A stretch of 64,000 bases of DNA from Candidatus Latescibacterota bacterium (GCA_965203175.1 OZ241867.1:2592001-2656000), one strand, 5' to 3'. Positions 17,609 to 27,636 are shown, counted from the first letter of the stretch. The notes: generated by a model not told the origin, from the letters alone. Numbers and translations: made by a program.

Positions 17609-18550
17609 ATGCCATTGCAAAAAGAAGACCTACTCGCCGTGCTAAACTCGGTTACCTCCATTCCGGTGGTCCCTTTTCGCGGCGGGCAAATCGACTACGA
17701 GGCCCACGCCAAGAACATCAACTACTTGATGGAGAACAATCACTTGGACGGCGCCCGGCCCCGGGTGATTGGCATCGCCGGCACCAGCTTGATCCACCAC
17801 ATTAGCGCGGATGAGCAAGTGCGGTTGTTGGGCTTTACCGGCCAGCAGATGGGGGGACGCGGGGTGCTGATGTCCGGGCTTGCTCCCAATCCGGTTGGGG
17901 ATGCCGAGCGGTTGATCGAGCGGGAGGCCGCGCTCGAATATCCCCCGGATGTCTATCTCGTCATGCCGCTTACGGGCGTGGCCAGTCCAGAGGGCATTTT
18001 CGCGTACTACGTGGATTTTGCCGAGCGGTTGGGGCGTTCGTGCGGGGCCAAGTTGCTCTACTACCTGCGCAACCAAGCCGAGCGCGAGATAGCCGTGCGG
18101 CTGATGAACGAGTCCGAGCACTTCGTGGGGTTGAAGATCGGCACTACGGTTGATGATGTTGAGCCGATTGTCGCGGGTGTGGAAGAGGGGGCTGCGTTGG
18201 TGATTTGGGGCGTGGGGGATCGCTCGACTGGGCCGGCTGAGCGCGGCACCAAGGGGCATACGTCGGGGATTAACGTGGCCTTTGCCCGCGCTTCAGACGA
18301 GATCAACAACGCCCAGCGTCGAGGTGATTTTGCGACCTCGCAGCAGATTGAAGACAAGCTTGCGGCTCTAGAGGGAATTCGCTTCCGCGATGGCCGTATG
18401 TACAACTACTCGGCTGTGGTTGAGGCCATGCACTTGGGGGGGTTCAGCGATGTGGATGGCGGCGAGGGTGGTCCGTTCAATCCTCGGGTGCCTAAGGAAG
18501 TGGCAGAGGAAGTGGCTGCGGCCATCGCCGATATTGTGGACTATCACTAG
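17609..18550 (+). CDS. Second, divergent DHDPS-family enzyme (lyase/dehydratase-like)
   Basis: IPVVPFRGGQIDYEA, LLYYLRN, FVGLKIG (Schiff-base Lys position); start refined to MPLQK. Confidence 0.75.
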   Translation: MPLQKEDLLAVLNSVTSIPVVPFRGGQIDYEAHAKNINYLMENNHLDGARPRVIGIAGTSLIHHISADEQVRLLGFTGQQMGGRGVLMSGLAPNPVGDAERLIEREAALEYPPDVYLVMPLTGVASPEGIFAYYVDFAERLGRSCGAKLLYYLRNQAEREIAVRLMNESEHFVGLKIGTTVDDVEPIVAGVEEGAALVIWGVGDRSTGPAERGTKGHTSGINVAFARASDEINNAQRRGDFATSQQIEDKLAALEGIRFRDGRMYNYSAVVEAMHLGGFSDVDGGEGGPFNPRVPKEVAEEVAAAIADIVDYH

Positions 18551-18849
18551 CCCTCGTTGCGCAGCCGCTCTAGATAGGCCGCCCATTCGACGGGGAGCAG
18601 GTGTTGCTTTTGGCTGTTGCAGTGCTTGCAGCAAGGCACCACGTTGGACTTGGTGGTGCGGCCGCCGCGGATGAGCGGCACTACGTGATCCATGGTCAGT
18701 TCATCGGGCGGGAATGACTGCTGGCAGTAGTGACATTGGCCAGCAGCCCGTTTGCGCTTCCACCATTGGGAACGGCGCAGTTCCTTGGCCTTGTTTTTCT
18801 CTCGGGCGACGTGCTCGGCGTCGGCTGGGACGAAGTATGTGTTTTCCAT
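18547..18849 (-). CDS. Small HNH endonuclease
   Basis: CHYC..LTMDHVVPLIRGG..NVVPCCKHCNSQK. Confidence 0.9.
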   Translation of the reverse strand: MENTYFVPADAEHVAREKNKAKELRRSQWWKRKRAAGQCHYCQQSFPPDELTMDHVVPLIRGGRTTKSNVVPCCKHCNSQKQHLLPVEWAAYLERLRNEG

Positions 18850-19012
18850 GCGAAAGCAAGATAGCGCAGAATGGGCATAGCACAAATGAACGCCAGCGAA
18901 GCCGATACCAGAGGCGAGCTCATTTGCGATGCTCTAGCGCTTGCAATAGGTGCAAGGAGGCTATTGACGCTATGCCATCGGCCATGCTGCGGCGAGTTTT
19001 TGCGAGAAAGGT

Positions 19013-19924
19013 ATGATGGGTAATTTCTCGCCACAAACAATTGAAGCTCTGGCGATCACTATTACTGGTGGTTCTTTCTCAGATTCCACCAGTCCTGTTC
19101 CTAGCAAATATCGTGCTGGTTGGGAATTGGAACAGTTCTTCAGAGGGATCGAGGTATCGTTTCAAATAGATAAAAGGTCTCGTGTCTCTGCTGTTCGCGA
19201 GTGCTTGGAGGACTTGAATATTAGCAATCCCACCAAGATAAAAGAGGCCATTCAAGCTATATGTGATCCACGTGAATACCTTGATGAAGAAGACGATCTC
19301 AGGGAAATCGTGGTTTATCTAAATAAACGGTTGAAATTCGACGGGTTTGAGCTTTGGGAGGAGGGAGGGTTCTACAGATTAGTATCAACCAATATAGTAG
19401 GAGCTCCCGCCAATGATCTCCAAGCCACTATTAATCTAACTGACTATGACTCGGTTAAGACGGACTTTGAGAGAGCCGTAAATGCCATCGAAAAAGATCC
19501 AGAAGACGCTATAACTGCTGCCTGTTCCATTGTTGAGAGCGTTTGTAAGTGCATCCTATATCAGATGAAGAAATCTTACCCCAAAAAGCAGGACATCAAG
19601 GGTTTGGTCACTGAAGTAGGAAAGCACCTGAATCTCTCACCGGCACGAAGTGACCTCCCTTCTGAGATATCTGGCGATATCAAGCAAATTTTGTCTGGCT
19701 TGATTAGCGTCACTTCAGGTATCGGTGCACTGAGAACACATAGTGGAGACGCGCACGGACGTGGCAGAAAGAGAGTACCTGTGGATGCTCGTATCGCTCG
19801 TCTAGCAATCCACGCTGCCAGCACTATATCGCTCTTCTATATCGAGACATGGAACCGCATTACGGCGGTAAAAAAAGATAATGATAAAGAGGCGAGAAAA
19901 AGCGATCCAAACAGCGATAACTAG
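19013..19924 (+). CDS. Abortive infection family protein (Abi_C C-terminal domain)
   Basis: DPEDAITAACSIVESVCKCIL..KQILSGL..GIGALRTHSGDAHG (RxxxxxxH); AT-richer than flanks. Confidence 0.8.
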   Translation: MMGNFSPQTIEALAITITGGSFSDSTSPVPSKYRAGWELEQFFRGIEVSFQIDKRSRVSAVRECLEDLNISNPTKIKEAIQAICDPREYLDEEDDLREIVVYLNKRLKFDGFELWEEGGFYRLVSTNIVGAPANDLQATINLTDYDSVKTDFERAVNAIEKDPEDAITAACSIVESVCKCILYQMKKSYPKKQDIKGLVTEVGKHLNLSPARSDLPSEISGDIKQILSGLISVTSGIGALRTHSGDAHGRGRKRVPVDARIARLAIHAASTISLFYIETWNRITAVKKDNDKEARKSDPNSDN

Positions 19925-19942
19925 CAGATAATCAGTTCAGGT

Positions 19943-20170
19943 TCACGGCAAATAATCTTGGAAATGCTCAAGATGTTCATCGTCATCGGCAAGGATCATC
20001 AACTTGCCCTTTCCAAGGCCAAACTGACGCGCCCGATTCTGAGTACTACTTTTTACTAACCGCGCAACAGTCTCGCTGCCGCGTGTCAACTCGATTTCCT
20101 CGTCCGGTTGTAGTTGATCAATCAATTCATTAAGCCGCGAACTCGCTTCTTTGATCGAGATCGTCGTCAT
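19943..20170 (-). CDS. Phd/YefM-family antitoxin, no cognate toxin adjacent
   Basis: MTTISIKEASSRLNELID..EEIELTR..VARLV..RQFGLGKG. Confidence 0.8.
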   Translation of the reverse strand: MTTISIKEASSRLNELIDQLQPDEEIELTRGSETVARLVKSSTQNRARQFGLGKGKLMILADDDEHLEHFQDYLP

Positions 20171-20200
20171 AGTGGATATTCCAAGAGTGTAAATATACGA

Positions 20201-20506
20201 TTAGACAGGCTCATAACGCTGGACGCTGATCTCATTTGCACGGGCACGCATCTGCGAGGCGTCATACCAAGCCTGCATCCTCAGCAGCATGTCCATACCC
20301 ACGCCGAATGCCTTCTCGATACGCAGTGCCATCTCAGGTGATAGCGCGGCGTGGCCGTTTAGTAAATCCGAAAGCGTTGCCCGCCGAACCCCTAGAATCT
20401 CAGCCGCTTTTGTCACGTTCAGATCCAACTCCTCGATGATCTCGGTGCGAATGAAATCACCTGGATGCGAAGGGGTCATGTTCACTTTGATGCCGTCGGT
20501 AGCCAT
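20201..20506 (-). CDS. higA: HigA antitoxin (XRE HTH)
   Basis: PSHPGDFIRTE..LNVTKAAEILGVRRATLSDLLNG..SPEMALRIEKAFG..LRMQAWYD; TAATG coupling with higB stop. Confidence 0.9.
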   Translation of the reverse strand: MATDGIKVNMTPSHPGDFIRTEIIEELDLNVTKAAEILGVRRATLSDLLNGHAALSPEMALRIEKAFGVGMDMLLRMQAWYDASQMRARANEISVQRYEPV

Positions 20507-20740
20507 TAGTGGTAATCCTCCAAGTTTAAGCGGTCGATATAGCCGTCTTCTTCTGCAAAGGTGATCCGCCAATTTCCGGACACGAGGTGCATCGGCAATG
20601 AATCTGTCTAATCCCTCTGCCAAAATCAGTGCCGTCAGGATCTTACGCACTCGATCAACCAAGTTGTGTTGCAGGAACCGAGGATTATCGTCTTCAATCA
20701 ATCGGCGCAATCCTCGGTGGTGGATGGAGCGAATGATCAT
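20506..20740 (-). pseudogene. higB: HigB toxin with internal deletion and frameshift
   Basis: N-terminus MIIRSIHHRGLRRL in one frame; C-terminus VSGNWRITF..LNLEDYH* in another; central LH.L.G..W segment absent. Confidence 0.85.
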
Positions 20741-20751
20741 GTTCTAAGTGT

Positions 20752-20764
20752 ACGGTAATACCGT
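20752..20764. promoter_or_regulatory. Probable HigA operator
   Basis: ACGGTA-A-TACCGT palindrome just upstream of higB. Confidence 0.5.
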
Positions 20765-20877
20765 TCATTTTACAAGTTTCTCCTCGCGCCGAAAGATCAT
20801 CTCTGGCACTCACCAACGGAAACCCTCAGATTTGCTTATGGATCAGGCTGTTGTCGGCACATCGGTTAGCACCGCAT

Positions 20878-21000
20878 CTTGGATCTGATCAATACCACTG
20901 TCACCTTTCCCGCGATTGGGTGGCCTGTTGGTCTTACGTGAAAACTTCAAAAACCATCGAGGTCTATTATGCAGGCAGTCGTGAAAACGCCCCGTATTGA
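20878..21000 (+). pseudogene. 3' remnant of a RelE-like toxin gene
   Basis: Manual translation LGSDQYHCHLSRDWVACW..IEVYYAGSRENAPY*, overlapping the HTH gene start; no recognisable N-terminal half upstream. Confidence 0.7.
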
Positions 21001-21337
21001 GATCAATATTAAGGGAGAGATTCCCGATAGGTTAATGTCTGTACTGGAGGAAGAGTACGGCGAACAGATTCAACTTTTGGAAGATAACGACGAAGAGGCC
21101 GTGAACGTCTTTGAGACCGACTGGTATCGGGATATCAAGTCAAAGATGACGCCGGGCGACAATCTGAAGATCTATCGGGAGAATCGCGGTTTGACTCAGG
21201 CCAAGTTAGGTGAGATGCTCGGTGCTGTTCCCCGTCAGCATATCTCAAACATGGAGAGAGGGGTGCGGTCGATTAGCCTAAAAACAGCCCGGAAGCTGGC
21301 AGAGCTATTCAAGGTATCGCCTGAGAAATTCATTTGA
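20969..21337 (+). CDS. XRE-family HTH antitoxin/regulator
   Basis: LKIYRENRGLTQAKLGEML..QHISNMERGVRSISLKTARKLA. Confidence 0.88.
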   Translation: MQAVVKTPRIEINIKGEIPDRLMSVLEEEYGEQIQLLEDNDEEAVNVFETDWYRDIKSKMTPGDNLKIYRENRGLTQAKLGEMLGAVPRQHISNMERGVRSISLKTARKLAELFKVSPEKFI

Positions 21338-21429
21338 AGACCAGAAGGGCCAGACAAACTTGCTGATAGTAGATGCCTACGCGCTAGTCGCCTTTTGGCA
21401 ACAGTAGAGTACAATCCTGCGCGACGACA

Positions 21430-23019
21430 TCAGCAGCGCTTGGTGATGAATTCGCGGCTCATCCACTGTCCGAGCACGTTGTGCGAGCGGAGCAGCATCT
21501 TTTGGTAAGCGCGCTCTAAGTTCTTTTTGTTTTTGGCGTTGGGCAGGGCGTTGAAGCGGCCGCGGATTTGGGTGATGGTGCGGCTGCGCGGATCGACGGC
21601 GATGGTGAGGATGCGGTGGCGATGGCCTTTGCCGTCTTCTACGCCGAGGGACCAGATCGAGGTACTGCCGTTGCGGCAACTCTTGGCGTAGGTATAGACG
21701 CAGTGGCCCATTTCGCGGCCCTCGGCTCCCAGTTCGTGATTGGAGAGTAGCTCCTTTACGCTCCAGGTGAGGGTCTCGCCGAACTGCTTGTCCTCCTGCT
21801 TCATCTCGAATTCGCCGATACTTGAAGCGCCCCAAGACATGTGCCGGACGCGCACCTTTTTGCCGCCAGCTCTGTCCGGGTCGGCTTCTTCATCGGGTAG
21901 CAGCACCTGCCGCGCCAGGGCTTCGTGCCACTCGTCAACCTGGCGCAACAGTTTGGGAATGCTGCGGCTCTTCAGCGAAAAGTTCGGCTGCGCAGGCGGC
22001 CTTTGCTCGACGCCACCGCCGGGCAGGGGGATTTGCTGTGGCACGTATTTCTGATCGTGGATGAAATCGACTATGGGGCCGACATGGGCTGGGTCGAGCA
22101 TGGGATTGTTGGCAAAAAACAGGATCGCGGTGGACCAGAAGTCCTCGTTTTCAAACGACTGACCCAGCCGGGTGGCAATTATCGCTCGCGCCAGCGCTGG
22201 ACTGCCGCCTTGTCCCACGACTTGGCCCCAGCGCAGGGCGTGGGCGATGGAGAGGTCGTCGGGGGCGGCGAGGAAGCAGTGGGCCGACTTTTTGCTCAAG
22301 GCGACGGGGAGGTCGGCGGTGCGGATGTTCTGCCCCGAGCCGATGTGTTTGAACCACGCCTGATGCAAGCCAGCCTCTGGCATCGCGGCGGTGAAAAAGG
22401 CCGCGTCCATAAAAGTGGGCACGTCATAGCGGGCCAGCAGGTGGCAGGCGAGGTGGTGAAACTGCTTGCGAGGGTTGTGGCTCGGCGGTGCCCACTCGGC
22501 CACGGGGCGCACCCAGTCTTCTGCATGGCGGGCCAAGGCGGCTAGGCCATCGATGAAATTGTTATCCGGGTGGGCACCGAAAGCGGGGACGACGGGGTCA
22601 AGGCGAAACAGGTCGGCGCGGCGCGCAGCTTGGAGCAGAATGTCGAGAAAGGCGCGGCGCGTTGGGCCGTGGGGAAAGGCGTTGAAGAGGCCGCGGATCT
22701 TGTAGAGGTAGTCGGCACCGAGCCGTCCCTTGGGAAGCGTGCGGTCGTAGAGTTGGCGGATGGTGTTGGCTGGGCTGCGCGTTTGCTGGCGGGTGCGGGT
22801 GAGCGCGACCTCGCCCTGTTGGCGGCGGGCGAGTTGACGCTCTTTTTGGATCTGGCGATTGCTCTTGTGGAGTCCGTCGCCCAAACCGCGCTTGCGGCAC
22901 CAAGCCCGGTACTCGTCCTCGGATTGGAGGCCCAAGGCGCGGATGTGGCTTCTGAGATTGGCGCGGTTGTGGGCTCGCTCGATCTCGCTGCGGACGTTTC
23001 TTTTGCGGCGGCGCGCCAT
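21430..23019 (-). CDS. PcfJ-domain protein
   Basis: ELGAEGREMGHCVYTY..SIWSL..LTIAV..ITQIRGRFNALP. Confidence 0.8.
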   Translation of the reverse strand: MARRRKRNVRSEIERAHNRANLRSHIRALGLQSEDEYRAWCRKRGLGDGLHKSNRQIQKERQLARRQQGEVALTRTRQQTRSPANTIRQLYDRTLPKGRLGADYLYKIRGLFNAFPHGPTRRAFLDILLQAARRADLFRLDPVVPAFGAHPDNNFIDGLAALARHAEDWVRPVAEWAPPSHNPRKQFHHLACHLLARYDVPTFMDAAFFTAAMPEAGLHQAWFKHIGSGQNIRTADLPVALSKKSAHCFLAAPDDLSIAHALRWGQVVGQGGSPALARAIIATRLGQSFENEDFWSTAILFFANNPMLDPAHVGPIVDFIHDQKYVPQQIPLPGGGVEQRPPAQPNFSLKSRSIPKLLRQVDEWHEALARQVLLPDEEADPDRAGGKKVRVRHMSWGASSIGEFEMKQEDKQFGETLTWSVKELLSNHELGAEGREMGHCVYTYAKSCRNGSTSIWSLGVEDGKGHRHRILTIAVDPRSRTITQIRGRFNALPNAKNKKNLERAYQKMLLRSHNVLGQWMSREFITKRC

Positions 23020-23188
23020 AGCCAAGTCCCGGTTTTGAGGACACTTCTTAATGAGTCGCGCAGCTAGTATAATGTCAATAGTGCCACTCGCGTCGCGGGA
23101 CTAGGCTGCCACAGCCGCTGCGCCGCTTGCCCTCGTTGGTATCGGCAGTTTAATTTGCTCTTACCACCTAACCCAATGCGCCGCGCTC

Positions 23189-23842
23189 ATGCTAGATTGC
23201 AATCCGATTCCGCTCTTCCCCCTGCCAGTGGTCGTCTTCCCCGGCCAAATCGTGCCCCTGCACATATTTGAGCCGCGCTACAAGCAGATGCTCGCCGATG
23301 TGCGGGCGGCTGACGAGCGCGGTGAGACTCTGCCCGTTGGCATGATTCTGGGGAAGGATCGCGAGGTACAGGGCGAGGTGGGCTGCGCAATGCTGTTGGC
23401 CAAAGTGCTCGACGAGTTCGACGATGGACGACTCAACATCATCGTCCGCGGCGCGCGGCGCTTTCGCATTGCACGCATTGACGAGCACAAGCCCTACTTA
23501 GAGGCGTGGGTAGAATACGTAGATGACACCGAGGAGCCGACGGATCCAGTACTCTTGGCCAAGGCCGTTGCGGCCTTAGAAAAATTGGTGAAGCAGCTCG
23601 AGGAAGTGACCGGCGCGCACGCCGAAGTAGGGTCTATGCAAAACGCCTTTCAAATCGCCCAAGTGACAGGCCTCGATCTGGAGATTAGGCAACAACTGCT
23701 GGAAATGACGACCGAGAATGGTCGCCTACACGCGCTCTGCGAGTACTTTGAGCAAATAATCCCCCTGCTAGAGGCGGAGCGCAAGCTCCATCGCTTGGCG
23801 TCCTCCAATGGGCACACCGGGAGCCATAGAGAAGGCTCTTAA
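23189..23842 (+). CDS. LON peptidase substrate-binding domain protein
   Basis: IPLFPLPVVVFPG..PLHIFEPRYKQML..DGRLNIIVRGARRFRI. Confidence 0.92.
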   Translation: MLDCNPIPLFPLPVVVFPGQIVPLHIFEPRYKQMLADVRAADERGETLPVGMILGKDREVQGEVGCAMLLAKVLDEFDDGRLNIIVRGARRFRIARIDEHKPYLEAWVEYVDDTEEPTDPVLLAKAVAALEKLVKQLEEVTGAHAEVGSMQNAFQIAQVTGLDLEIRQQLLEMTTENGRLHALCEYFEQIIPLLEAERKLHRLASSNGHTGSHREGS

Positions 23843-24519
23843 TCGGCTTCGACGAAGATACTACCGGCCACTTCCAACCCTAGCGACACCTCTTTAGAGG
23901 CGTCGATCTTCAATTGCAGCGGACCGTTAAAGGGTGCCTTGGCGGTGACTTCGACCCGGGTCCCCAAGCGCAATTGCAAATTTTCCATATAGCGCAGCAT
24001 CTGGGGATTGCGGTCGCTGACGCGGCGGATGACCGCGGACTGGCCGTCTTGTAGCTCGGAGAGACGGCGGTAGTTCGGGTGGTCAATCTGGCCTTGCTTG
24101 GTGGGGATTGGCTCGCCGTGGGCGCCGACGGTGGGATAGCCCAAAGCCTCGTCGATGCGATCTTCAAATTCCTCGGAAATAGCGTGCTCTAGGCGGTCGG
24201 CCTCGGCGTCGATCTGGTCCCAGGAATAGCCCAACGCTTGGCTGAGATATAGCTCGATTAAGCGGTGATGGCGGATGGTCTCCAAGGCGATCTTCTCGCC
24301 GCTGGCTGTTAGCTCGACCCCTTGGTACGGCGTGTAAATGAGCAGGTTCATCTCGGCGAGCTTCTTGATCATGTTCGTCGCTGAGGCCGCGGCCACTTCC
24401 ATGCGGCTGGCAATCACCGAGGTGGTGACGCGCCCGCCGTGCTCGTCACTGTGCTGCAATTTGTAGATCGTCTTGAGGTAATCCTCAATAGCCTGAGTTA
24501 GCAATCCCCGTACCTCCAA
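23839..24519 (-). CDS. DtxR/MntR-family metal-dependent repressor with FeoA-like C-terminal domain
   Basis: EDYLKTIY, IRHHRLIELYL, EADRLEHAIS, HGEPIP. Confidence 0.93.
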   Translation of the reverse strand: MEVRGLLTQAIEDYLKTIYKLQHSDEHGGRVTTSVIASRMEVAAASATNMIKKLAEMNLLIYTPYQGVELTASGEKIALETIRHHRLIELYLSQALGYSWDQIDAEADRLEHAISEEFEDRIDEALGYPTVGAHGEPIPTKQGQIDHPNYRRLSELQDGQSAVIRRVSDRNPQMLRYMENLQLRLGTRVEVTAKAPFNGPLQLKIDASKEVSLGLEVAGSIFVEAD

Positions 24520-24558
24520 GGTTACGCTCCTTGCCCTTAAGATAGGGTCAAAAGCAGA

Positions 24559-24599
24559 TTTAGCAATGACCTTGACATATTTTTAGCCATGACTAAATT
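24559..24599 (+). promoter_or_regulatory. Promoter with DtxR/MntR-type operator
   Basis: TTGACA at 24572 and TAAATT at 24594 overlap palindrome TTTAG-CCATGA-CTAAA (24582-24597); related TTTAGCAATGAC at 24559. Confidence 0.65.
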
Positions 24600-24641
24600 T
24601 TTGTTTTGTACGTCAATTATAAATTAGATAAGCAAGGAATC

Positions 24642-25538
24642 ATGCCCTGGATTTTCATTTTGTTGTGCGCGTTGGGTTGCAACGCTCCCGAGCGCAAAGA
24701 CGAGCGAATCGACGTGGTGTGTACCACCGGGATGGTGGCTGACCTCGCCCGGAATATCGGCGGCGACCGCATCTCGGTTGTTGGGATGATGGGTCCGGGC
24801 GTTGATCCGCATTACTACAAGGCATCGCAAGGCGATTTGGCCAAGCTGACGGCCGCGGATTTGATTCTCTTCAACGGCCTTTTTCTCGAAGGCAAGATGG
24901 AAGACATCTTCGCCAAAATGGCCCGCAGCAAGCAAGTGTTGGCCGTGGCCGAGCAAATACCAGAAGAGCGCTTGCTGCGCCCGCCGGAATTCGAGGGCAA
25001 CTTCGATCCTCACATATGGTTCGACGTATCGCTGTGGGCGCAGACGATTGAGCCGGTCGTGGCTCGTCTGAGCGCAATAGACCCGGATGGGGCGTCGGTC
25101 TATCGCCAGAACGGCGCGCGCTACCGAGAGCGCCTCGACGCGCTGAACCAATGGGTCGTCGAGCAGGTCGAGCTGCTGCCGGAGGCCAGCCGCGTGCTGA
25201 TTACGGCCCACGATGCCTTTGGTTACTTTGGCCGGGCCTACGGAGTGGAGGTCGTCGGCTTGCAAGGCATTTCCACGGTGGCCGACTACGGGGTCAACGA
25301 CGTTACCCGGCTAGTCGATCTGATCGTCGAGCGCCAGGTCAAGGCTATCTTCGTCGAGAGCAGCGTGCCCGTGCGCTCGATTGAGGCCGTGCGCGAAGGG
25401 TGCTTGGACCGCGGCTTCCAAGTGGAAATAGGCGGCACCCTATACTCGGATGCGATGGGGGCTGCCGGCAGCGGTGCCGACACGTATGTGGGCATGGTCG
25501 AAGGCAACGTCAACACCATTGTGGGAGCTTTGCGGTGA
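24642..25538 (+). CDS. Mn/Zn/Fe ABC transporter substrate-binding lipoprotein (TroA-like)
   Basis: ALGC lipobox; [31 protein letters not shown]. Confidence 0.93.
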   Translation: MPWIFILLCALGCNAPERKDERIDVVCTTGMVADLARNIGGDRISVVGMMGPGVDPHYYKASQGDLAKLTAADLILFNGLFLEGKMEDIFAKMARSKQVLAVAEQIPEERLLRPPEFEGNFDPHIWFDVSLWAQTIEPVVARLSAIDPDGASVYRQNGARYRERLDALNQWVVEQVELLPEASRVLITAHDAFGYFGRAYGVEVVGLQGISTVADYGVNDVTRLVDLIVERQVKAIFVESSVPVRSIEAVREGCLDRGFQVEIGGTLYSDAMGAAGSGADTYVGMVEGNVNTIVGALR

Positions 25539-26305
25539 GCGCACCCCATCCCATTCAGATCCACGACATGACCATTGCCTACCACAAGAAGCCGGTGCTG
25601 TGGGACGTGGATCTCGATGTGCCCGAAGGACAGCTCGTGGGCATCATCGGTCCCAACGGCTCGGGCAAAAGCACCATGATTAAGGCCATTATGGACCTCG
25701 TGCCCAAGGCGTCGGGATGGGTCAAGATTTACGGCGAGGACTACAGCCAGATGCGCAAGATCATCGGCTATGTGCCGCAGCGCGAATCCGTGGATTGGGA
25801 CTTTCCGGTCAGTGCGCTCGACGTGGTGCTGATGGGCCGCTACGGCCACGTCGGATGGATGCGGCGACCGAGCAAGGAGGATAGCCGCTTGGCTTGGGCG
25901 GCCCTCGACGAGGTGGGCATGACCCCCTTTGCCGAGCGGCAGATCAGCCAGCTATCGGGTGGCCAGCAGCAGCGGGTCTTTCTCGCCCGCGCCTTGGCCC
26001 AAGAAGCCCGCATCTACATCATGGACGAGCCGCTTGCCGGCGTGGATGCGGCGACCGAGCGCGCGATCATCGCCAGCTTGGTCGCCCTGCGCGAGCAGGG
26101 AAAGACCATCTTGGTTGTGCACCACGACTTGCAGACCGTAACCGAATACTTCGATTGGGTTATTATGCTCAACATGCGGGTCGTGGCGTCCGGTCCAACC
26201 AGCGAGGTCTTTATCGACGACAACTTGCAAAAGACCTATGGGGGCCGACTGACCGTGCTCTCGCAGGCCGCCCAAGCCATGGCCGAGCAACGGCGCGAGG
26301 GCTGA
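25535..26305 (+). CDS. Metal ABC transporter ATPase (TroB-like)
   Basis: [34 protein letters not shown]; GTG start overlaps upstream stop. Confidence 0.95.
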   Translation: MSAPHPIQIHDMTIAYHKKPVLWDVDLDVPEGQLVGIIGPNGSGKSTMIKAIMDLVPKASGWVKIYGEDYSQMRKIIGYVPQRESVDWDFPVSALDVVLMGRYGHVGWMRRPSKEDSRLAWAALDEVGMTPFAERQISQLSGGQQQRVFLARALAQEARIYIMDEPLAGVDAATERAIIASLVALREQGKTILVVHHDLQTVTEYFDWVIMLNMRVVASGPTSEVFIDDNLQKTYGGRLTVLSQAAQAMAEQRREG

Positions 26306-26307
26306 CG

Positions 26308-27636
26308 ATGCTAGTCGAAAACGCCCTGCGCTTCTTGAGCTTGGCCGACGCCAACGTGCGCTTCGTGCTCTTTGGCTCCCTGCTGATTGGCGCGACCGGC
26401 GGGTTGCTGGGGTCGTTTGCGGTGTTGCGGCGGCGGAGCCTCGTCGGCGACGCGCTGGCGCACGCGGCCCTGCCGGGGGTGGCGTTGGCCTATTTGTGGA
26501 CTGGGAGCAAGGCCCTGCCGGTGCTGCTGACGGGCGCGGCGATTTCCGGGGTGCTCGGCGTGTTGGTGATGCAGTTCATCATCAACTATACCCGCGTCAA
26601 GGCGGATTCGGCGATTGGCATTGTGCTGTCGGTATTTTTTGGCGTGGGGATCGTGCTGTTGACCCACGTCCAGCGGGTCGGCACAGGCAATCAGAGCGGT
26701 TTGGACAAGTTCCTCTTTGGGCAGGCGGCCTCGCTGGTGGACGACGACCTGCGCATCATGAGCGTGCTGGCGGGCCTCATCATCCTCGCGGTGGCTCTGT
26801 TTTTTAAGGAATTCAAGGTCCTGATTTTCGACGCGGACTTTTTGCAGACGCTCGGCTACTCGGCCCGCTGGATTGACGCCTTGCTGATGGGGCTGATCGC
26901 GCTGACGGTGATCGTGGGCTTGCAGGCTGTAGGCGTGGTGCTGATTGCGGCTATGCTCATCACGCCGGCTGTGGCGGCGCGCTTTTGGACCGAGCACCTG
27001 CACAAGATGGTGCTGCTCGCCGCTGCTTTTGGGGGCTTGTCTGGGGTCGTCGGCACCTTCATCAGTTCCTTGGTGCCGCGGATTCCCACCGGTCCGGTAA
27101 TGGTGCTCATCGCCACCTTGTGCTTTGTGGTGTCGGCGCTTTTTGCGCCCCAGCGGGGGGTGTTGGCGCGGTGGCGCAGGCAGCGGCACAACAGCCGCCG
27201 CGAGAGCCAGCAGCACTTTTTGCGCGCCTGCATCGAGCTGCAAGAGAAGCTGGGAACGGGTCGCTCCTTGGCCGTGGAGGAACTGGCCATTGAGATGGGC
27301 CTGTCGCCGGACTGGGTCAAACGCCTCGGGCGGCGGCTGGCCGAAAAGGGACTAGTCTCCAGTCAGGACGGGCGTTTCGCCCTGACGGCTCTAGGCGCGG
27401 AGGAAGGGCTTTTCGTGGTTAAATCGCACCGCCTGTGGGAGCACTATTTGTACTATCGGGCCATACTCGACGCCGATCACGTGGATCGGCCCGCCGACGA
27501 AGTCGAGCACTTGTTGACGCCGGAAATCATTGCCGAGTTAGAGGACATCCTCCAGCGCGAGCAAGGGCTGGACCCGGCCCGGATCGTCAATATCCACGGC
27601 ACTGGCAGCCACTACCGCCGGGGAGGCCGCGAATGA
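26308..27636 (+). CDS. Metal ABC permease with C-terminal DtxR-like domain (TroC-like)
   Basis: SLVGDALAHAALPGV; C-terminal KSHRLWEHYL..ADEVEHLL. Confidence 0.9.
   Translation: MLVENALRFLSLADANVRFVLFGSLLIGATGGLLGSFAVLRRRSLVGDALAHAALPGVALAYLWTGSKALPVLLTGAAISGVLGVLVMQFIINYTRVKADSAIGIVLSVFFGVGIVLLTHVQRVGTGNQSGLDKFLFGQAASLVDDDLRIMSVLAGLIILAVALFFKEFKVLIFDADFLQTLGYSARWIDALLMGLIALTVIVGLQAVGVVLIAAMLITPAVAARFWTEHLHKMVLLAAAFGGLSGVVGTFISSLVPRIPTGPVMVLIATLCFVVSALFAPQRGVLARWRRQRHNSRRESQQHFLRACIELQEKLGTGRSLAVEELAIEMGLSPDWVKRLGRRLAEKGLVSSQDGRFALTALGAEEGLFVVKSHRLWEHYLYYRAILDADHVDRPADEVEHLLTPEIIAELEDILQREQGLDPARIVNIHGTGSHYRRGGRE

Noticed and set aside
20201-20740. 179-aa HigB-HigA fusion as an evolved protein
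   Set aside because: The true HigB C-terminus lies in another frame; the fusion is a by-product of a deletion
18890-21420. Integron cassette array
   Set aside because: No repeated attC-like sites, mixed gene orientation and no integrase; the one AAC...GTTAG pair near 20812-20870 lacks a convincing stem
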